Source: Paramecium tetraurelia
Taxonomy: Eukaryota
Length of the DNA stretch: 64,000 nt
Direction: 5' to 3'
NCBI GenBank assembly: GCA_000165425.1
Contig: CT868673.1
Coordinates: forward strand, 62,001-126,000
Of the stretch, positions 10,275 to 21,813 are shown in pieces. Both the position numbers and the translations under genes were made by a program. How positions within the stretch are numbered: the stretch's first letter is position 1; every line of letters starts with the position of its first letter. The notes under the pieces were generated by a model, which saw only the letters and a program-made list of their open reading frames with translations, had not been told where the DNA came from and searched no databases.

Positions 10275-13200
10275 TCATTCCTACTAATTATTTAAATCTG
10301 CATTAATTTACGACATCACTTGTCTCGGAGGTCTAACAAGTGTTGACTAATTGAAAGAATTTTTGGATTTCATTATGGATTCTGTAACAAAATTCTCTTA
10401 ATCAGTTTTAATGACTTGTCTAGTTAATGAAGAGTTCTAAGGATATGATACTGAACTTACTCTTATGATAGTTGATTGAATGGTGGGATTGTTCATTTTC
10501 TGTTCATATTTCACTTTTAGAGAATCTATTTCCTTGATCTTTTCAGTCAATTCATTACTCATCTTCTGTATCATCTAATCTCTCTCATGTAGACTATTCT
10601 GCATATAATGAAGTTGTGATAATCTATAATTAAAAATATACATTACAAGCTTTATTTTCATTGGTGAGAGTTTACAATTACTCTTTTAAATATTAATTCT
10701 GCTATTCCAAATTTGACACCGCTTATTATAACTATTATTATGTTTTTCTGTTATTTTCTGCTTCTTTATTGGTGGATTCACTCTGTCTCCTTTGTTTATT
10801 CATCAAATTATAGATGTCCTCTGCCTCCTTTGATTTATCTTACAATGATAATTCCAACAATTAAATCTATTTCTCTAGAGTTTGTGTATGAGATTTCAAT
10901 TTCAAGTTGTTCTATTCCAATTCCATGACTTATTACTCCAATATATCATATTCTGTTTTTAATTGCTCATAGTTTTCAGCTAATGAAGCATCCCTGAATT
11001 TGAACCTTAACTCTTCAATCTCATGAAGTCTCTCGTCTCCAATTGTAGTCAATCTCTTTATTTCTTAACTTAATAAATGCACTCTCTATTCATAATCTGA
11101 AATTTAGTTGGTTAATTAATATTTTTGTGTTTCCCAAGACATCTTTTCTGCTTGAAATTTAGTTTCCAAATCCCCCACTTCCAATCCATTCTTCTGCATT
11201 ATGGTTATCTCTGACTAATATTGTTCTATTTACTGATATAATTCTTCGATCTCTTACAATAATGATTTCTACTTATTTTCCTATTCATATCCTTTACTTT
11301 GTTCTTCATACAATTAATTCTTTGTTCTGTCTAATTCGTTTGTCATCATAATCACTTTATTTTCTAAACTCTGCTCTTTCAAACTATTTTCTCTTAAATG
11401 ACTGTTCTTTTCTTATTCCAATTAGTATATTGTGTTATGATACTATTGCATAGTTGATGTTAATTATTATAACTATTCATTTGACAATTATTCTTATTCT
11501 TCAAATTATTTAATTTAATCAGTCTAATCCTGAATTACACTCCACAACCTATCAATTTCAGATGCATAAACTACGATTTTCATTCTCTCCTTAACAAAGT
11601 CCTCCCTCATCTGTTATCTCTCATTTGATATCATATGCAATTCTAACTAGTAATCTTTTATTTCTTATAATAAATTAACCCTTTCCTTTTCACTTGTTTA
11701 TAATTTTTATTTTTAGATCTCCAATTGATCCTCCACTGTGTATTATAATTCTTAAATTTTCTATTACAACAATGAATTTTGTAATTCTACCTCCTATTTC
11801 TATTACTACAATTGTCTAACCTACATCTCAAGTACTTATTTATCATTATTGAACTTTACAGTCAAGTCTCTAATTTATTAATCAAATACAGAACTTCTCA
11901 AATATTCTCCTTATTTCTATAGCTCACTTAATTCAATTTAGTGTTCTTCTTCCATTTATTGCATTTAATCTTGTAGGTCCTTGATTTCGTCATCTTTTTA
12001 TTGAGATGTGATAACTAGTGTTTAGTAGTCTCTATTGATTTTCTCCAATTCTTTCTACATTTCCAATTTATCTTGATTTACTTAACTATAATTATATTAA
12101 TTTCTATTCAATTCATCAATCTATTATTTTAATTCTTAGGATGTTTGATCTTTAACTTCCTGTATTTCTTCTTCCAATTAAGTGATCCTCATATTCAGAT
12201 TATCATTGTCACTATTCAGCAGCATTGATTCCTATTGGTAATTGCTTATTTCTATCTCTAACTATAAGATCATATTAGATTTCTATTCTATAATTTATGA
12301 ATGGTCCTTTAACTATTTTTAGAACTTTTCAATTTCATATTAATAATTCCTGCTATATGTTTCGTTGTCTCTCATAACCAGATTTAATCTCTCGAGCTCG
12401 GTTGTTAACATTGCACACTTATCTTACAACTCCTAATTTCTTTCTGTCCATTCCTATTACAAATATTCAAAGTCTTATTGTGTATTCTGATTTTTAGAAA
12501 TCTCCTATTACAACTATGATTTCAACTGATTTTATAATTGTTATTATTCTTGCAACATCCTACACTACATCTCATATTGCTCTAATCTTTAAATCTATTG
12601 TAAGAAGGAGTGGCTCTGTTATTCTTGTTCCTCAATCACACAATGCAATCTGTCAATCTCAGAACTCATGACAATAATTCTCATTCTATCCTTCTATTGT
12701 TGATCTTCAATGTATTCCATCTAATTTATTTTCTCCTCGTATCTAGATACAAATTGCATCATTTCTAACATTTATGCTTTTAATTCATTGTTTTCATTTT
12801 ATAGATTTTTTGTAATCATTTTATTTTGCTCTAAATCTTTGAAACGCATTCTCTCCATTTCCTAGGCCAGCAACACACATTTGTTCTCTAATTCAACATT
12901 CCTATTTTCGAGATTTTTAATTTTCATATCCGATTATATCCTATCTTAATTGAATTGCTAGGTTATCTCCCTAATTTAAGTATCCATCAAGGATCTCTTC
13001 CAATACTCGTTAGTTTGTGAATATTGTGATAATTCTTATTGATGACTACTTTCGATATTTTGAATTCTTTCTTTCAATGATACGATTTCAGCATCCTTGC
13101 CTTACAATTGCATTTTCATTATATCATAATCCTATGAGTATTCTCTGAGATTTTTGAGGTATTCATCTCTTTCTTTACAACACTCCTAATATTTTTAATT

Positions 13201-13611
13201 TGATTTATTGAGTTCTGTCATGTATTACTCGACTTGGCTCTTGAGATCGACATTCCTTTGTTTGTAATTTTGAATCTACTCCAACAATTGCTTCACCTCC
13301 AATTAATGATTTTGATTCATCTCTTAGAATTACGTAGTTAACATTTTGCTTTAAGCTTCTGCCTACTTCAGGAATTCAATTTCTCTGTTCTTTTCTTCGA
13401 TTATTTTTTAAAGACTTGTCCCTTCCTAACCGTGTGAGTAATTGCTGCTGTTGTTCTAATGAATGACCTCGGATTTATGCAAACTTGCCTCCGAGTCTGC
13501 ATGGGGGTATTTGGCTTTGGTTGGCAAAGGAATGTTTTTATGAACCATATATTCATTTGGAGTCATGCGCCCTTGGTTGTTTGTTTTAGGTTAAGAACTG
13601 AGTCTATTCAT
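10275..13611 (-). CDS. Large Q/E-rich coiled-coil protein with ENK-x-x-L-x-x-E-x-ER and EIDRL repeats (probably cortical/cytoskeletal)
   Basis: About 1100 codons open in the ciliate code, with repeats ELENKCVLLAQEMER, ELQDKCAMLTTELER, SLENKVIMMTNELDR, RMRIIVMSSEIDRL and RMKIVVYASEIDRL. Confidence 0.75.
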
Positions 13612-13673
13612 TATTTAATATTTGAATTTTAAAATAATATCAGTCAGTTCATATTAAATATATATTAAATATA

Positions 13674-14004
13674 ATGGAAAGTGCTTTTATATTCGGATGT
13701 CTCTTTGGAATGGGTATCAGAATGACCGTAAGTAGAGTAATCAGACAACCCTTTCTATTTAGTAAGAAACAATCAAATATTAGAATGTCATCAATATCCA
13801 AAATACATGTTGTTGACAGGAATTGCCTTCTCAGGATTTGACTGGATTAGACGTCTCTCACTAGAAACATTGTGCGAGAAGGAAGAGTTACAAGAATTCC
13901 TAGTACGAACTGCACGCATCAATTAATTGGCAACAGGAGCAGAGTCTGTTGGAGATTACAAGAAGGAGTTTATCTAAATTGCCGTAGATGAGCACATCTA
14001 TTGA
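13674..14004 (+). CDS. Small two-TM protein resembling complex I subunit NDUFC2/B14.5b
   Basis: MESAFIFGCLFGMGIRMTVSRVIRQPFLF/KCHQYPKYMLLTGIAFSGFDWIRR. The G-x-G-x-R...R-x-PF...YP layout resembles fungal and animal B14.5b. One 22-nt intron. Confidence 0.55.
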
Positions 14005-14013
14005 TATATCATG

Positions 14014-16169
14014 TCATAAATCAAAATCATCGTTGAATTCGCTATTCGGATTATTTAAACTCTCCATTAACCCTTTGATCTTTGCGGAATCCTTTTAATC
14101 AAGTGACATTGCAGTGCTGAAACAACTACGAAATTAATAATCCTCCATACTTCTATGCTTCTTAAATCTTCCCCAGTTTCTTATAGATTCGCCCCATCAA
14201 GATGTAAATTGCTGCTTCTTTCGGTATCAATTCTCTCAATCTCTACAATTCACTTAAGGCATCATCGTATTAATCTAATTTTATTAATGAATTAGCCTAT
14301 CATATTATATTGTATAAACTACTTTCTAGTACTTATTTAACCCATTTTGCGGGTCTAATTTTTCACTTTGTTCGAAGTATTTCAAAGCCTCAGCATGCTC
14401 TCCCTTGGCAGCGTAACTCATAGCCAAAAATGTTGGTAGAACTGGATTGTTTGAGTTTATCTTTAAGGCCTACGTGAAACATCTGATGGCATCGTCATAT
14501 TTGTCAGTCTTATAGTACATGTTTCCCTGTCCCCACCAAGCATTGTATTATCTCTGGTCTAAGGAAGTGGCCATGTCATAAGATTTCTTAGCCTACTGGA
14601 AGTTTTCATTTTGTGAGAACTCATGACCTGATAGGGTATAAGCATAAGAATAATCTTTTCTTAACTAAATAGCTCTTCCGAAGAATTTTATTGAGTTGTC
14701 TATTTCCTTACTTAAACTAAAGCAATTTCCAATAGCTATCCAGGTTTCAGGTGCTAGCATACTGATTTACGAACATGAATAAGCTAAGTATGTCAATTCT
14801 GATTGTTTTTTCAGATGCCATAAGCAAGATGAATAATAATCCATACCTTCCAAGCGATTCGGCTCTATTTGTCTCATTTCCTTCCAAACTTTCTCTGCAT
14901 CAGCATATTTCACTTGATCCATAAAACTCCTGGCTACTTTTTCAAGCACCCAACCTGATTTATAATGTTGCGGAGGTAACTTCTAGAAATTAGCAATCGC
15001 TTCCACTGAGTAATTTGTCCATAAGTAATAAGGATGGGCAAACAATTTCAAAAGTTAAGGCAGACTAATAATGGATAAATAAGTAAATCATACTTGATCA
15101 GACTTGGAAATTATTATATTGCTGCTGTGTTTACTTTTTGAATGTCGCTTTTTTTTGGATTGAAATTCTTATTCTAATTCTGTGAGAATTAAAAAGACTG
15201 ACTGAGTAAAGACTAATAATTCTAGTATCCTACTCCTGGAGTTGGTACCATTTTGGCACTGATTTTCTTTTGTTGATGCTCTATTTTGTTGTTAAATATT
15301 TTAAATTACATAAGAATTTCATTTAACTATTTGAAGTGTCATCCATATGTACAATTGATTATTGAACGCCTGTTGTTGAAAATGGTTTGATTGTTTAGGA
15401 TTGTCTTTTGCTTGAAATTTACTATTAAATAGAGGTATCAGATTTACAGGGTCGTTAAAATTTAGACTTCTTCTTTGATGTCTTCCTCTTTTTGACCTGA
15501 TTTCAGATTTGGTGACTTATTTTTCAACAAATTTTATATTATCTTATAGATATTGCAACTCTGTTATCTATTTGTTTCATATTGTCGTTATCTCTGATCA
15601 TTGAAAACCTTGTTGATAGTCACAGATTCACCAATTTTCTGACAGTCTTTCAAAGGCCATCCATAATGTGGGGTTCTAATCCAAAGCCTTGCAATATTAG
15701 TGTTTAGCCTCCTCAATACGGTGGAGTTATTCTTAAATCTAGCCTAACAAAAAGAAACCAAATCCACCATTTGGCACATTTGGAGTTTAACTAGAAAATT
15801 AATTGCTAAATTGAGTTCCTACTAAAGCGACTTCAGCTTCCTTGTATTTTTTATTTTGAAATAGTGACATCGCATATTAATAGCTAAAAGCATTAACTAG
15901 TTTTGTACCGATTGAATTCAGATTTGCAGTCCCTAAGAATATGACAGGCTTTAAATGGCTGATTCTCTTTCAAGTAGCATTCAGCCAATAGTGACCTAAA
16001 CTCCTCAGTGTCTCTCTCATAAACCAATCTTTCAGCTATTGATTACATGCAATTAATTACCTAAAAAGGTGGCATTTTGATCCATGTGATTTTGAAGAGA
16101 ATCCAGAATTGCTTCAACCAGTTGTTATTCCAATTAACTTTTAAGTTATTATCCCTCCTCTTCAATCAT
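14014..16169 (-). CDS. CDC27: Anaphase-promoting complex subunit 3 (TPR)
   Basis: NATFL/AERL, EPNRLEGMDYYSSCLWHLKK, APETWIAIGNCFSL, YAYTLSGHE, YNAWWGQGNMYYK. Confidence 0.93.
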
Positions 16170-16213
16170 AAATTTCAAAATTTGAAATATTATATATATA
16201 TATTGTTTATCTC

Positions 16214-17377
16214 TCAATCCAATATCTTGGCCTTACATCCTTTTAAGTGTACACAAAATAAAAACACTTCATTTTAAGGTCTCTCCACCTTCATTTAGTA
16301 TTTGTTCTTGCCTTGTTCAAACAGAAGATCGCCATCAGTCGGATCGAATTTAATTAATATCACATCCTTAGGTTCTGGAGTGAAACATAATCCTTATTTC
16401 CAATTAATATTTTTATCTGAATTGTGGCAAGTCCCTTTAATATAGAGATTAATATGCATTACATCCATCAGACCGAATTAAGTAAAAACCATGACCTACA
16501 GTAGCCAAATCTTATTACTCAAGTCCTTTTTGTTATCTCACCTTTTAGAGTGTAATTCCAACAGCAAAACTGTATGATTATTTCTTTAATTAGGACTGTC
16601 CCAATTAACTGGCCTATAAAGTCTTTTAATCAGGTTCACTTGCTCTAATCTCCAATTTCGTTTCCCATCTCTTTTAGGAAGTCAACTATTATTGGATGCA
16701 TGCAAATGACCACCCCATAAATGATGCTATCATATTGAGGATACTCCCTTACTTGTTGCTTCAATTTCCCTTTTTGCATCATCTTTGATGGCATAAATGT
16801 TGGCCTTAAATTGATCACTCCATGTGTATTTAACATTACCCAAGGTAGTTATCTATAAATCGTATTGTTAGGCTTTCAACATTCCAGCGACTTCAGTTTT
16901 CAACTTATTCATACGATCATCTATCTGTTCCAAAATGAAACCGTATTTGGGAATCTTTTCCACTTGGAATTCCACTACAGTCTTTAACAAGTCAGCTGTT
17001 ATGTCCTTCTAGATTTTCGGTTTTCCTTACTGTCCACACATATTCTGAGACCTATTGTAAACTTGGCATCTTCCTATGATTTGACATAATGGATAGTTTA
17101 TATACTTGATTTCATTAATTTCAAACAAATCCAACTTCTCTTTTACTTCTTTAATTATCTTAGAGATTGCATCCTTGATAACCTTTTCGTTGCTTGTGAT
17201 TTTCTGAATTTTCTACAAATCTGCATCTCCATATTTTTCCATGACATATGATTTGAACTCCTTGAATTATACGACTTTATGAGACTTGTCATTGTGCTTG
17301 GGCACGTCTGCCATAGTTAACAATAACCGTGATTGGGAAGTGCATTTCTCGTTTATGCAGAACAAAATTTGATCCAT
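16214..17377 (-). CDS. Hypothetical protein with coiled coil and C-terminal SPRY/B30.2-like domain
   Basis: MDQILFCINEKC..., and after splicing two tiny introns FAVGITLQK...VGHGFYLIRSDG...DVILIKFDPTDGDLLFEQG...FLFCVHL. The start codon is uncertain; upstream in-frame ATGs exist to about 17428. Confidence 0.6.
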
Positions 17378-17454
17378 TTTAAATTAATGCTTTTCCCATA
17401 ATATTAAATTAACCATATATAACATCATATAGTAAACTCATTTCCTTTAATCTA

Positions 17455-17585
17455 ATGGAGAGTGACATTCGAAGCATCAGATTACTTCATGAATCTGTTT
17501 GTCAAGGTCACTCATACACTAAGAGAAAACGGGTGGCAGCTTAGCTTCTATAGTTTATGCTTGTCAATTAGATTTTCAAACAATA
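17455..17585 (+). ncRNA. Box H/ACA snoRNA with two guide pockets, predicted for LSU rRNA uridines equivalent to yeast U2865 and U2923
   Basis: Hairpin 1: GAGTGAC 17460-66 pairs with GTCACTC 17507-13, upper stem CAGATT/AATCTG. H box ACACTA at 17516-21. Hairpin 2: GAAAA 17525-29 pairs with TTTTC 17573-77. ACA box at 17580-82. Pocket-to-box spacing is 14 and 15 nt. Guides UCGAAG+UCAAG and GGGUG+CAAUU complement conserved LSU UUUGA-U-N-CUUCGA and GAUUG-U-U-CACCC. Confidence 0.85.
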
Positions 17586-17879
17586 TTAAATAAATCTATT
17601 TTTAGCATTTTCGCATGTCGATTTCATTCAAATATTAATTTTTATTATTTACTAAATGCTATGCCATCGATTAATTATATCTGCACTTAATAGTCATTTT
17701 TTATGAAATTAATCATTTATAATTATTATAATTACGCTTTAAATTAATATTGGAATCATTGATATTATAATTAAATTTTACATTTGGATTTGCAAAAAAT
17801 AGTAATAATTATGATAAAGTTCAATTATATCCCCAATGATTTGCAAAATTATTATATAATAATTATTTAATTTTCTATA

Positions 17880-18927
17880 ATGAGTCTCATAGTCAGATAA
17901 AGAGTAGGCATGCATGACGAGTCCGTCACTCAATCTATTTTATCCAAAGAAATTAAAAAAAAAAGTAAGGCTCATTTTAAACTTAGAAAACTAAAACAGA
18001 AAACGCCAACCCATTAAACAACTTGTGTGTCTAGTGTCAATAGCTAAACCAATTAAGGAACATGTCTACATCAAATCAAATGTGGAACTCAAATTGGCTC
18101 TTTCATACATTCCAGATCACTGTTTAGGAAGTTTAAAAGAAAGTCCCTGCACTTATAATTATAGAGTCTCGCGCACTGACCGATTGGATGACGTCTACTT
18201 TTACACTCTCGAATTACTCGATCAAGCCAATCATTCGATCGATCAGATCACCAACTTGCTAATCAACTAATCAGATCCAGATGCACCATTAGCTGTTAAA
18301 CTCGTGCAAGAACGCCATCAAATCCTGAATGACTTCACTGAATAGCCTTACATTTCAAATGAAGATCTACTGAATGTTGAAAAAATTGCTCAAGATTATC
18401 CCTACCAATGTACAATCCAAAAAGTGAACAAGGATTCTAGTTCACTCTCCCAAAGAATTGTCAATGAATAATTTTACACCTTGATGGGAGTCAGCAGAGA
18501 CATGATGCTTAACCACTTGCACGAAACTAAGACCATCCCATCTATGTTTGATCTTGGACCCAGTCTCAAAATGTGGTGTGATCTGTCAGCTAATTCGATT
18601 CAATCTGCTCACACTTTTGAAACCTACATCAACACCTATGAAGGAGCCTAATATAAATGCACCGTTGAATAAAGATAAATGTTTAAAAGAACACAAGTTA
18701 ACCCAAATTAAATTGTGCTCATTGAATTTTGGCTCTTTAAAGTAGACGAACCTTTGAAATCTTATCTCATGAATCCCTAGCGTATCTACTAGAATTAAAT
18801 CGATTATTTTAACAAGAAGAACACTTAATAAGAATATGAAGTATTCCTTCAATCGATGAAACAGAAGACCACTCCTCAGTATAAAAACAAAAATGCTTGT
18901 GGATATAAGTAATTGACATGGATCTGA
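17880..18927 (+). CDS. Ciliate-type hypothetical protein
   Basis: ATG 17880, one 22-nt intron (gtaaggctcattttaaacttag), open to TGA 18925-18927 ending ACGYKQLTWI. Confidence 0.7.
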
Positions 18928-19691
18928 TTTTCAAAACAATATTACATATTATTTAATTCTTATTTTTATGAATTTTCTCAATTTCTTAAGAAACTCTTAT
19001 CTATATTGCTGAATCATTTTACCAAAATTAAATTGGTTTGGGTTGCATTTTCTCAAAATCCCCACTTCTTTTTAAATCAAATATTTCATAAGATCTGGTC
19101 GCTTTTTCATCAATAATTTAGTTGGGGATTTTCAAATCGAATGAAACCTATAAACAATTATACAACCATATATTTATCATTTGGCTTCATTCCTTTTTAA
19201 TACTCTTGATTTGAACCTAATTAAAAAGTGAAGTTTCTAGAATCCAAAAAAAATATCAAAAATCTAAATATTATTTCAAAAATTACTTGATTAAAAAAGG
19301 ATAAAATGATATATCAATATATGAATATTCAATAGTATTTATAATAATAAAGTTTTTAATGATGGGTTTTTCCCTTATTTCGTGGAAAATCAAAAATGCC
19401 ATTAATTTCTGACATAAAAGGATTTTCTTTTAAAATCTAATCAGTTTTAACTCTAAACAAAATAATAACAAAATAGTCTGGGTGGGAAAATAGAACTTAA
19501 CCCAATTTATTCTACTTTTTTCATAATTATCAAATCATATGGTAGAATTTAATGAATTGCCTCATATTATAATATTATTTTTAGATGAAAATATAATGAA
19601 TGCAAGCATTTGAATTGATCTTTTCTACTTACAATTAATATTAAATTTTAAAGATAATTTTATTAGGAAGTGAACAAAAATATTCATTTAT

Positions 19692-20584
19692 TCATTACTT
19701 TTTCCTCGTTGATTGAACTGAAGGCAATTTTAATTACTTTTCACCATACCAAAAATTATCATCAACTTCATGCGCATTATAATTTACTCTTTATTAAGAG
19801 GAGGACTTGTTATTATAGGAATTTCTGGGTTTTCTCTGAGGATTACCTTCTATAATAATTTATTCTTAATCTGAAACTCTATTGATAACCTTCTTAACAT
19901 CATTTAAATTTTATATTGTTGCTCTTAATTATTAAGCCTCCTATTTTAACTGTTATATCTTTTATGATTTTTCATCGACATCTGTTCTTAACAGTAAATT
20001 AGTATTAGTTTATTTTTATATTTATATTTTTAATTTTTGAGCATGCTAATCACTCTCTTGTAATTCTTATCTAACTTCACTGACATACTTTCTATATTAA
20101 TTATAATAAAGTAATACCTTAAATTTCTAAATTGCAATTCTAATTCATAATTTAAAAAGGATCTCTCTTTTTCATTTTCTTTGAGATCTCTCAATTCCTA
20201 TTGCTTTTGTAAAGTCTGTTGAACAAGATTTTCCAGTGTCTCTCTAATCAACGCTTCAACTTTCTAATGAATATTCACAAATGTACATCAGTTGTAGTTT
20301 GATTTTATTTAATCAAGAGCTTTTTGATCTGATCTCTTTTCTCCTCCAATTTCGTTGTGGCCTCCTGTCTTAACTAGGTTCTAATCACTTAACATGAATA
20401 CATATTTCTCTTATTCAATATCAGCCTTTGTTTGCTTAATTTAAGCCTAGACTTCTTTCAATCTAGCAACGAGTTCCTTGAAATACTCCTTTTTTTCTTG
20501 CTCCTCCTTCTCTTGAGAATTATTAACCTAATTTTCATTATCATCATTATCATCTGCATTTATTTAGTCCTCCTAATCAGACAT
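19692..20584 (-). CDS. Coiled-coil hypothetical protein
   Basis: MSDQEDQINADDNDDNEN...EYFKELVARLKEVQAQ..., tiny introns, ending FWYGEKQLKLPSVQSTRKKQ-TGA. Confidence 0.65.
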
Positions 20585-20641
20585 ATAATGTATATTTATT
20601 TATATATACTTATAAATCAAATCTAAAAACTTCATAAAGGA

Positions 20642-21788
20642 ATGAAAGAATAAAGTATTACATTTCCAATAGCTATGTCTGATATGAAGGAATCTTCGAA
20701 GCCTAAATTACAAGAATTCAAAAAAAACACTGTATGTGCAAATTGCAAAATGTGGATTATCAAATAAAAATACGCGAATTGTGTAATATGTGAAGATGCT
20801 TATCATCATAATTGTATGGTATCAAATTTGAGAATGTATATAGAGACCAAAATAAAAGGAAATAACCAAAGATTGGACTTGTGCACATTGCATTGAATTG
20901 AAAAATACTTTTCCAGATACTAATGATGATGAGATTGATAATGTTTGTTAGAAGTGTTAGAAAGAAGTAGATTCAAAAGATGAAGTAATCTGTACAAAAT
21001 GTAATAAAATATTTCATAAAAAATGTTATGGAACTAAAACCATTTCCCCTATTTGTAACCTTTGCCATTCATAAAAACCCCCAAAATTCATTTTGAATGA
21101 AAAAATGAACCATCTCCTCAACTTTGGTGTTCCGATGACAAGTTCTAATTTATTCATACTACCATGTTGTGTATATGACGATAAGTTGAGATAGAATTGC
21201 TTTCAATCACTCTAATATGCCTTATATTGTTAGAATATTAATTTTAATGATGATTTAGTTTATTCATCTGCTAAAAAAGAATTAAATAATGGCTACAATG
21301 AGAAACTAGATCCTTTGATAGGGAAGGATCTTCTGACCTTTAAAAAGTACAAGTAAGTGACAAGGATTGGGTTTTATGGACCTTTGAGAGTAGAATACAA
21401 TTTAGATTAAGGGTTCTATGTTAGATCTGTACAACCCATAGCTTATAAAACATTAATTTGTGAATATGCAGGAGATGTCTACAGATTTGCAGATCAAGTA
21501 TATAGTACTTCTGATTCAATAATGAGCTTGTTAGAAACTGGTTTTGCTGCCACATCACTTGTTATAATTCCTGAGAAGAATGGGAATATAGCAAAATATC
21601 TATCAGGAATAAATAATAGTAAGAAAAATAGCAAGAAAATGTAATAGAATGTGAAATCTAGACGATATAATGTTGAGGGGTAGTCTAGAGTGATATTGTA
21701 TGCATGTAGAGATATAAAATCAGGAGAGATATTATATTATGATTATAATGAAGGGGAATTTAAATATAATACAAATTACTTTGTTTGA
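20642..21788 (+). CDS. PHD-PHD-SET histone methyltransferase, ATXR5/6-TXR1 family (H3K27me1)
   Basis: Two PHD-like Cys/His clusters (CANC...CVIC...HHNC...WTCAHC and CQKC...CTKC...FHKKC...CNLC). SET domain PLRVEY...GFYV...ICEYAGDV...DSIMSLL...PEKNGNIAKYLSGINN...GEILYYDYN...TNYFV-stop. Confidence 0.88.
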
Positions 21789-21813
21789 TTTAATATACAA
21801 TAAACAGAAGTAA

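Noticed and set aside
17460..17515. SECIS-like reading of the first snoRNA hairpin on the minus strand
   Set aside because: It is not in a 3' UTR, there is no nearby in-frame TGA selenoprotein, and helix II is poor. The H/ACA model explains boxes, spacing and both guides.
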